Assembly (NCBI GenBank): GCA_951406725.2
Contig: OX597823.1
Coordinates: 100,006,001-100,070,000 of the forward strand
Length of the DNA stretch: 64,000 nucleotides
From: Octopus vulgaris
Lineage: Eukaryota
Direction of reading: 5' to 3'
Each line of letters opens with the position of its first letter. Positions within the stretch are counted from its first letter, which is position 1. This document shows, in pieces, positions 54,472-64,000 of the stretch. The position numbers and the translations under genes are program-made. The notes below the pieces were generated by a model. It was not told where the DNA came from, searched no databases, and was given only the letters and a program-made list of their open reading frames with translations.

Positions 54472-55651
54472 ATTTCTTAATTTGGATTTGGAAACACTAA
54501 AAAGAAGGAACTTTACCTATCAGCGACTTGTCGCTTCAGATGAACCACTCCAACTAACAGTGTCAACAAATTCAAAATGCGCAGGCGTAAAATTCTGCAC
54601 TCCCCATTCCACCCACGTGGTCTATCTAGCAAATATTATATTTTAACCGCGAGAACCGAGGCAGTATGACCGAGAGATATGAATTATAATATCAACAATT
54701 GAGGGTAAAATTAATTAATTAATCAATTTCACCAAGTGTTCAGTATGTAAAAGGACCATTTAAGGCAAATTCAAAATATTACATTATATAATTATTATTG
54801 AGGTTGATATGGCGTGTGTAATGATACCTACATCCGGACATATCACTAGTTGCAGGAGACAGGTTTATATATGTGAGAGTGGGTACGCATGTAGACACAC
54901 ACTTACACACATACAAGATATGCTTAAAGCATGTAGCGTGGGACTGCTATAAACTGACCACTCGCCTCAACTATATCATATTTCACCCCCCCCCCCCCCG
55001 ATAATTAAAAGTAATTTACGACGCTCACCACAGCATCAGAACTTTAACCCATTATCTCTCTATCTTAATCCTTTTGTCTTTACGACCGCTTTGTATACTT
55101 TTGCATCTTTTTATCTTTATTTCATTTTATCTTTATTTTTGTTTTTTATTTTTTATTTTTTACTCGTTATTTTTGTACATTTTACACTTTCACAATACAT
55201 TTCTAGAATTTATAACCCTATACCTGACGTTCTTTATATCTTTATATATTTATATTTTTACATCTTTACCTTTTATTATATTTTATTATCTTTTATAATT
55301 ATATTTATATTTATATATTTTTTTTGTGATCCCAACTTCATTAACGTTTCCCCCCTTCTCCTCTATTCTCCTTTTTCTCTTTTTCTCAACATCCAATGCT
55401 CCTTTTTTCATTCCCTTACAAGAAGAATGAACCCAACCGGAATTTACCCAGTATTCACTCTATATTAAGTGAGAAAACGGTATGGACGGATTTTTGGAGT
55501 CCAATAATACCCTGTACGCCTATTTGATTATGAAGATTTACAAACATACTTTCCCAGTTATACTCGGTTTACCTACCATTATAAATAATACAAAATGTTC
55601 TTTCTCAAACCTTTCATAATGTGATACAAGTCTTTGGTGTAGCAATTGTAT

Positions 55652-55744
55652 GCGGCTGAAGAGGGCTTTTAAACTATCTGTTATGTCGATTATACATTGA
55701 TGTAAGAATAAGTTGGTTTATAAAGCTCGAAGCATGTGTACCGC
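55652..55744 (+). ncRNA. type I hammerhead motif with a GAAA to GAAG change, in a PLE-like terminal repeat
   Basis: GCGG-CTGAAGA-GGGCTTT TAAAC...GTTTA T AAAGCTC-GAAG-CATGTG-TA-CCGC, about 45 bp before a (TA)n tract. Confidence 0.75.
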
Positions 55745-55866
55745 GACATCCTTTGTGCCCTGTTTTTCATTTTATTTCATTTGATACATATATATATATA
55801 TACACACACATATATATATAGCATTATTAAATCTCTGAACGAGATGTAAACAGTAACCGCTCGACA

Positions 55867-56403
55867 ATGTAAAGTATAATAGCCATCTCAATATGGCTAA
55901 CCACAAAGGGTGGGTGCTACTGTAGCTTTTAGCCCCAGAAGATCATCGTCTCCAGCTGGCTTTAGGCACACTATCTGTGCCCTTATGGTATTTGCAAAGG
56001 GAGGCCATCCCATTCTCGTAAGCCTAAGTGATACGCACCGGACCGCGGTTTCGAGGTTGTTGCCTCTTATCAACGGGCGGTAATCACCGGATCACGATGA
56101 AAGACAGTTTTTCGAAATCAGTGAGGGAGTTACTAGAAAAACACATATATTTGCATACAGGCTTTCTCTTTCATCGTGATCCGGTGATTACCGCCCGTTG
56201 ACAAGAGGCAAATACCTGGAAACTGCGGTCCGTGCGTATCACTTAGGCTTACGAGAGAGGGATGGCCTCCCTTTGCAAATACCATAAGGGCATAGATAGT
56301 GTGCCTAAAGCCAGCTGGAGACGATGATCTCCTGGGGCTAAAAGCTACAGTAACACCCACCCTCAGTGGTTAGCCATATTGAGATGGCTATTATACTTTA
56401 CAT
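55867..56403. mobile_element. fold-back element or MITE with arms of about 237 bp
   Basis: ATGTAAAGTATAATAGCCATCTCAATATGGCTAACCAC...CACGATGAAAGA and its reverse complement, separated by a spacer of about 60 bp. Confidence 0.88.
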
Positions 56404-57764
56404 ATATATATATATATAATGTTTTATTAAAGTTGAAAAGACATCAATATTGTTCAAAATATTCAAGTGAAACTGTGAGTAACAGTTCGTCAACTTCAAT
56501 AAATCACTATTTTACTCTGCAAAAGTCAACTTCCTGTCCTGTCCGCAAGTTCAATGCATTGAAAACCACAATCAGCAAATGCCTTCTTTTTTTTTTTTTT
56601 TTTTTTTTCTTGTTTGTTTTTTGATGGTAGGGTATTGTTCGAGGAATATTTGGCTACTATTTCTAGCAGCTGGAGGCTTTCTCGTTGGCGATATATAAGT
56701 TGTAAATATTATATATTTATGCATTCTAGAGTCCATTTGTGCTGTATTTAAGAAAGTAATATAGAAAAGCGATAGTCCATGGAGTGGCGACCGTCTTGAA
56801 ATAGACAATTCTTCGGTTGATTCCAGTGAAATGATTTCCCAGCAAGATTTGAAACGGAAACGTAAATATAAGACTAAACACATCACAATAAAAAAAGAAA
56901 AGAAAAAGAGAGTGTCCCCCCTCAGACATCGATAGCAATTTATTTTTTCCAAAAAGTATTTCCGTAAGACTTTGATCGGTTCCACTCGATTGATCTGCCT
57001 TAAGTATGTAACTGATATTTCCTCTCGATTCCAGAGCGTTGAATAGTGAAGTCTACTCAGGTAGAATTTGAACTCAGAATGTAGAGGGAAGGTCGCAAAT
57101 ACCGAAGGGCGTTTAGTCTGGCGTTCTACTGCTTCAGCCACTCAACAAACCTAGCTTTGTAGAATACAATGATGATGATGATGGGGGGGTGGCGGCGGCG
57201 GTGATGACGTTGGCAGTGACATTCTAAGAGTCGATGACTAAGAACATAATACAGAGAAAGAAGCGCCTCCAGCTTGGCAGTTCATTCCGAAGAGAATCTC
57301 GATATTTTCTTCAAAAACCTGAACAAACAAAATGGAGCACCCCCACCCACCCCTCCTCTCAATAAACAACAACAACACTAACAGCAAGAACAACAGTCTC
57401 CGTAACACCGTCAATAATAAACAAGCGATCAAGCTCTATGCAATATGAAGAAAGCGAATGAATAATCAAAAATCTTTACAAATGAAGTTTTATATTTTTA
57501 TTTATTTATCTATTTTATTTTTAATATATTTTCTTTTTGGAAAAAAATAAATAAATATCGTCAAAAGAAAATGTCAAGTAAAAAAAACCGAATAAGTTGT
57601 TGAGTAACAAAGACTGAGATCTTAATAAAACGATATCCGACTCTTATAAAATAATACAGCAGATCGATGGAGGAGAGAACAACATCGATCTGCACTTGTT
57701 TCCTATCGGGACATGACATTTATGTTGCTGCTGCTGCTGCTGCTGCTGTTGCTGTTGCTGTTGT

Positions 57765-57803
<39 letters not shown>

Positions 57804-58368
57804 TGATGATGATGTTTAGCCCAAGGTTAACCCTAATCAAGCCAACATATGATCAAACCCAAGTCTTTCTCAAACCACGAATAAAAAAGATACATAGCAG
57901 TCATAAGACTATGTATTTTTGAAATCCCATGAAATTTACAGGATGGTCATATGTGGGATGCTTTTGATTACAAACATGTTCGATCGGTTGACATAGGCTG
58001 AACAACAACAACAGTAAATATACGACAATCCTGTCCTGTCCGCAAGTGCAACGCATCGAAAACCACAATCAGCGAATGCTTTCTTCTTTTTTTTTTTTCT
58101 TAGTTTTTGATGTTCGAGGAATATTTGGCTTCTATTTCTAGCAGGTCGAGGTTTTCTCGTTGGCGAGAAATAAAGAAGGTAACAAATTGTTAAGATGCCC
58201 ACGATGCCACCACAAAAACCTTCCAATCAATTTATCATTTTAATGCTGTTGAACACCACAAAATCATTAATTATTAAATATCCCATAGAACACTATAAGC
58301 AGTTCGTTATTAAAATTAATCATGAAAATTAATTATAGATTCTAATGTTGAAAATATTTATATATATA

Positions 58369-59040
58369 CTAGCAGTAATACCCGTCGTTCATCGGATAAT
58401 TACTTTTACTCTTTCTCAGGAGTCACATTCAAAGTAATTATTATATATATAATAGATTTCTCAACGGGGATTTCAGGGGAGAGTTTCAGGCAGTCGCTGG
58501 CGATGTATCGTGATGATCAAAAATCCGGCCTGCTAAAATTTGGTTAAAGTGATTCAAACTGCAGACTCAACGCAAAATGGTCACATTTAATTCAAAGCGT
58601 TAAAAATGTTATGAAAACAATTGGTATGTGTTCACAAAGTCCAAACGATTAATACGAAAAAACCCTCCAGGCTACATCCCGAAAATTCATTTCTTGCCGA
58701 ATTTCTACAATGTTTACGGCAATTCGTTTTTATATCTTGATGTTTTATTTTTCATGCAATTTACACATGCTTGCACGCGTGGTGAACACAGTTCACGTCA
58801 AACAGCTGACTGAGTAAAGTTCACTATTCAATGCATGGGAAAAGGTCTAAACAAACACATTATCGATTTTTGCACTTGCGAGATGAATTTTGGAACAGAA
58901 ATAGCGCAGTTCAATTTTCATTCGCCTAAACTTTAAGTGACCATTTTTGGTGGTTCTACGATTTGTTGGCTAGGAGGAGATGTGTCGGGAAGTTAAACAC
59001 ACAGACACACACACAGATACACACACAGACACACAAGTTG

Positions 59041-59050
<10 letters not shown>
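58369..59050 (-). mobile_element. probable non-autonomous Helitron
   Basis: The minus-strand end is CCGATGAACGACGGG-TATTACTGCTAG^T. The far end (ACACAAGTTGAGTTTATATA) resembles the 5' ends of the other Helitrons. Confidence 0.6.
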
Positions 59051-59125
<75 letters not shown>

Positions 59126-59337
59126 AAGAAGAAACGCGCAGAAAACGGCTAGAACTACAACTTGCCTGTCCATAAAGTCTTTAGTCAAATCACATGGAAT
59201 ATAGAAATGGAGTGAAACCGTTTATCGTGCCCAACTCTTTTTGGTAACGTAGCTAAGCGGTGCCCCAGCATGGCCGCAGCCTAATAACTGAAACAAGTAA
59301 AATTAAAATAGATAGATATGTGTATATACAATATATT

Positions 59338-59726
59338 ATGTATGTATATATGTACGTATGTATATATGTACGTACGTATGTATGCATGTATGTATGTATG
59401 TATGTATGCATGTATGTATGTATATATGTATGCATGCATGTATGTATGTATGCATGTATGTAGGTATATATGTATGTACGTATGTATATATGTATGTATG
59501 TACGTATGTATGTATACATGTATGTTCGTAATTATGTATGTATGCATGTATGTATGTATGTATGTATGTATGCATGCATGTATATATGTACGTATGTATG
59601 TATGTACGTATGTATATATGTATGTATATATGTATGTATGTACGTATGTATGTATGTATGTATGCATGTATGTATGTATGTATGTATGTATGTATGCATG
59701 TATGTATGTATGTATGTATGTATGTA
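59338..59726. repeat. (TATG)n microsatellite
   Basis: Direct inspection. Confidence 0.95.
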
Positions 59727-60547
59727 TACTGGTATGTGCATACTTATAATGTGTATACAAACGCGGAAGGGGACTAGCTGTAATATTTAGTAATAGAAAA
59801 TCTTCTCAAAGATACTTGTGTTCAAAATGCACCCGTGTCCCACCCTTGTGTAAACATTAGAAATGTCTATACACCCCAATATTTTAAGATTGTTCCACGC
59901 ACACACACAAAAGGGTTGAAGATTTTTACGTTAGGCGGCGAGGCTGCGAACAAAAAGCTAATCTTTATAGCATGACCTCAGGAAATGCCCTGTTTTAAAG
60001 AAAACTACCTGCGATTGACCATCCTTATTTCCTCGCATAGCAACGCATATATATTTCAAATGCTAAAAATATTTACACACAAACTCATATGCGTGCGCAG
60101 CCGCACATATTTACACGCCTCATTCTGACATAAATTGAATAATGTTCTGTTAATTAGTACGAGCTGAGAAGGTTAAGATATAGGGCTTACAATTATTAGG
60201 TCGCGAGGTCGTGGACTCAATTTTCGGATTAGGAAGCGCTTTGGGTCCATGCACAAGGTACTTCATTTCATCTGAAAATTGCACCAGTGGCCCCTGAAAA
60301 TCTGCAACGGACTAGCGACCTCCTATTCCAGAGACGTTTTGTACTTAGAAGCTAAAACGTCTTGAAAATCTGGATAAACCGCAGCTTTCTGTTAGTTCGA
60401 GGCAAAATCTTCCCAGCGGGGCGGTGGAAAATTTAAAACTGGTTCGGGCATAAAGGGAGTGTTTGGGGACGATAATATTTAAATTGCCTGAATTTTCGAA
60501 AATATATTCAACTTTTGTATGTGTGAATCATCTGGTAATATTCGTTT

Positions 60548-60686
60548 CAGTTTCCGTCTACCAAATCCAGTCGCAAGGCTTTGGTCGGCCCGAGGCTATA
60601 GTAGAAGACACTTGCCCAAGGTGCCACGCAGTGGGACTGAACCCGGAACCATATGGTTGGTAAGTAAGCTACTTACCACACAGCCA
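60548..60686 (-). mobile_element. tRNA-derived SINE (5' part)
   Basis: Minus-strand head TGGCTGTGTGG...GGGTTCAGTCCC (A/B boxes), then GGCACCTTGGGCAAGTGTCTTCTAC. Confidence 0.85.
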
Positions 60687-62696
60687 TTATATTATATTAT
60701 ATTATATTATATTATATTATATATATATGTGTGTGTATGTGTGTGTGTGTGTGTGTGTAAACGCCCACACGTTTACAAGCAGAAGATCCTATTTGAAACT
60801 TGATGGAATCCCGTAACTAACCTGTAAATAAGACATTGCACAACAACCTGTCATAATCTGAACACAAAATAGGTTAGAGAAGCGTTGTAATATCGCTATT
60901 TCGGAACATCAAGACATCAAACTCACACAAAAATGATTTATAGTCTTAGTAATTTACGTTGACAAAACTAGTGGTTGCCATTTAGAAATAGGGGAAAGTA
61001 TGAAGAACATAATCGTTTTACATCTGCCTATATAGCGTGAACAGCGATATGTTTATAGCAAAAACAAAAAAAAGGAAAGAAAGATATGACTGTTGGTTAT
61101 TTCGTCGGAGTCTGAGAGACGTAAATGAATTCAAGCGATTCGAGCTAGAAATATAAACCAAGATGTAATGTCTTTTTGAGAAATTACGTTAAGCATTAGT
61201 CATTGCTTTCAAATGATTTAACATGAAAGATAAAGGAAAAGAAATCATATAAAACGTCATTCTTTCTCTTATAGTAAAACAGCATCAAATGATGGTGATT
61301 TCATCAGACATTTTGAAATAGATGGAGAGCGAATATCTAGGTTTTCCGCAATATATATGTAATACATCCATCCCTCGACACATACACACATACATATATA
61401 TACTTACATACAATACACACATATCATTTAATGTACGCAGTATAAAGAAATGAGCTACCAATCGTTTAGTAAAGCCACTCAGTTGGCTGCCACGGACGGG
61501 GTTTGAAGACAACCAACAAAACACATACATTCAAGTGGAAAATCGTCGAGAGAGCCATAGGTTAAGGGATATAAGAAATACAAGTTATGCATAGCCGAAA
61601 GATCGTACATTCTTTTCAGATCTAAGTATTCCACTGTACCTCTGAATTCCAGAAGCGTAATTTTCAGCAAATGCCAGTATATGGACAATTTACTTTGGGA
61701 GAAATGGAGGATACCACCCTCTCTGAATTGAACAGCTATCTCGCAGACTTTGAACCCCTGTTCTACAACAGCTTAGCTTAATTACGGTTTAACGGTCCAA
61801 CGGGACATAACTCAAATTTTCTTTCTTTTCTTTTTCCGTTTCTATTCACCTTTCCACTTTTTGCACCTACCTTCTCGATTTGTTCGTGATTTCTCTTGTA
61901 CCAACGTCTTGATTTGCAAACAGAATAGGCCATGTACTCAGAGCCTGAAGATTGCTTGGAGACACAAGGTATATTATAAAAACCCGCTCCTAAGCCTGTG
62001 TCTCAATTACAAGAAACTATGAATAATTCGTAATTTTAAACCGTCTACATGAAATGGTGTTTATCTCTTGCTTTCTCTGTTGATCCTACTTTAACGGAAC
62101 ATACGCGCGTGAGTATGTGTGCGTGTGTCTTTTTGCCTGTACTTGTCCCAGTCTGCTTGACAACCAGTGTTGGTTTATTTACGCCCCACAATTCAATGGA
62201 TCGGCAAAAGTGACGGATAAATACCAGACTTAAAAAATAAATACTGGAGTCGATTTGTTGGGCAAAAACCCCTTCAAGCATCGTCGCTGTCCAATGATTG
62301 GAACAAGTAAAAGGGAAAGAATGGACAAAGTCGTGTGGACGTTTCAATCTGCAGATAACAAACCAGGATACGAACCAGGACACAACATTCTAATCAGCAA
62401 AAAATGGGAAAATAGTATTTTGAACTGCAAGGTTTAAAATACTTTTTTTTTTCACTGTCAGTTCTGAAAATCAAATAATGACAGGAAAATTCAGGTTGAG
62501 CTTGAGAGTAAAATAATTAAATAAATTAATAAATGAAAATGAGGAAAAATGTAAAGAAAAAATAGAGAAACATTATGGCTGCCGGAGAGTTACGAACGTT
62601 GCAGCCGTGAGGAATTGGTGTAGAGTTGGTGTCAAGATTCACTTCAGAGCACTATAAATTTTAGATCTTGTCAGAAATGCCAACGCTGTCTATCCA

Positions 62697-62818
<122 letters not shown>

Positions 62819-62958
62819 CGTGATCACCGTGACCGACCAGACTATCAGATGTTGCTACACATCGCTGGTCACAATGCGCTTCGGATAGTTTTAGCCTTCA
62901 AATGACGCCACCCCGCTGGCTAAGCGAGCAGGCAAATATATATATATATATATATATT

Positions 62959-63533
62959 ATATTATATTGAGGGTACTACTATTCGTAGATACCAACACGC
63001 TAAGAGGGACCAATGCGGTCAAAACTACTAAAAATAAACAAAATTTTACCGGAATAGTTCAATACTGAATTTTTATTCCGACTAGACAATTTGTTACCGA
63101 AATGCATTGCGAAAAAGCCCGCCATTTTCATAGATATGTAAGGATAAACATTCGTACAAGCTACGACGAATTCTACGGTTAGCTATCGAGTTTGTAATGT
63201 TATGTTTTTTCTTATATTTCTTGAGTTTGTTGCACTGACGAACATGAAATGCATATTCTGCATTAAATGCGAAATCACATGTGATATGTAACTGAATTCT
63301 TTTTTAAAATGATGTGTTTTGAAGTTTTGCATTCGGTAAAATTTTGTTTATTTTTAGTAGTTTTGACCGCATTGGTCCCTCTTAGTGTGTTGGTATCTAC
63401 GAATAGTAGTACCCTCAATATAATATAAATGAATATTTTCAAAGAGGAAGAATTTACGGATTTTTTCTCTTACGAGGTTTTTCACGCTGACTACTGATAA
63501 TTTCTTTTAAAGATTTTATCCTCAATTGTTAAT
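62959..63533 (+). mobile_element. ORF-less PLE-like element with a hammerhead and an inverted duplication of about 90 bp, between (TA)n tracts
   Basis: 62959-63050 is the reverse complement of about 63334-63424. An internal HHR lies at 63229-63292 and the element ends CCTCAATTGTTAA(TA)n. Confidence 0.75.
63229..63292 (+). ncRNA. type I hammerhead ribozyme motif
   Basis: GTTGCA-CTGACGA-ACAT GA AATGCA TATTC TGCATT AA ATGC-GAAA-TCACATGTGA-TA-TGTAAC. Stem I is 6 bp and stem III is a 10-nt palindrome. The first pair of stem II is an A-C mismatch. Confidence 0.8.
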
Positions 63534-63599
63534 ATATATATATATATGAAAAAACAAGTCAGGATAGAAAATGCTAAAATAATTTTATAAAGAACATTT

Positions 63600-63637
63600 C
63601 AGTACCGGTTTCAGTCATTTTGAGACCTTTTCAACTG
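63600..63637 (-). ncRNA. 38-nt minimal hammerhead with a U3-A8 core variant
   Basis: Minus strand: CAG-TTGAAAA-GGTC TCAAAAT GACT-GAAA-CCGG-TA-CTG. Confidence 0.75.
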
Positions 63638-64000
63638 TAGCAATTAAATAATTAAATTTAGAAAAATTAAAAGAAAAGTTTTTTAAAAGAATATTTGTAT
63701 AGTGTTCAAATATAAGTGGCATTTTCCTTGTTTCTGCCTTTCTCTGTCTCTCTTGTTTACTCTTGTGGGTTCGAGGTCGTTGTGAATTCTTGGTAGGGAA
63801 GAAGGAGGAGGAGGAGGAGGAGGAGGAAGACGAAGAATTTGGGAGTGCCTTGATTGTAGTACTTTGAATGGTCAGTAGAGGCTAGCAGTTGCTGTTCAAT
63901 TCATGAAAATCTATTGAAAGTTTTGTTTATAGAATTCGCGTAGGTGATAAAGTTAGGAAGGAGAAGGAAGGAGAATGGGAGAAGAAGAAGAAGAAGAAGA

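Larger units (their letters stand above)
53094..54794 (-). repeat. 3 x 563-bp tandem array, each unit carrying a hammerhead ribozyme (retrozyme or pLTR-like)
   Basis: AATTAGGGCT starts at 53101, 53664 and 54227, an exact period of 563. Units are almost identical, with no ORF of 60 aa or more. Confidence 0.95.

Overview
AT-rich, microsatellite-laden eukaryotic DNA with no recognisable intact host gene. The SINE, LINE and microsatellite content resembles an octopus (cephalopod) genome, which is an inference from repeat recognition. The window is almost entirely repetitive. It holds a 51-bp satellite (1-6608) fused to a 5'-inverted Penelope-like element (PLE) remnant, a CR1-type LINE, a near full-length decayed RTE LINE with three C2H2 fingers, mariner and Tc1 relics, several non-autonomous Helitrons, fold-back MITEs with 8-bp TSDs carrying TTAGGG repeats, two related solo LTRs and tRNA-derived SINEs. 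The most striking signal is RNA-level: I could fold nine type I hammerhead ribozyme (HHR) motifs by hand. Three are canonical copies in a near-identical 3 x 563-bp ORF-less tandem array (53094-54794) that looks like a retrozyme or PLE-dependent circular-RNA element. The 51-bp satellite unit itself resembles a degenerate minimal hammerhead. All folds and alignments were done by eye, with no database searches.
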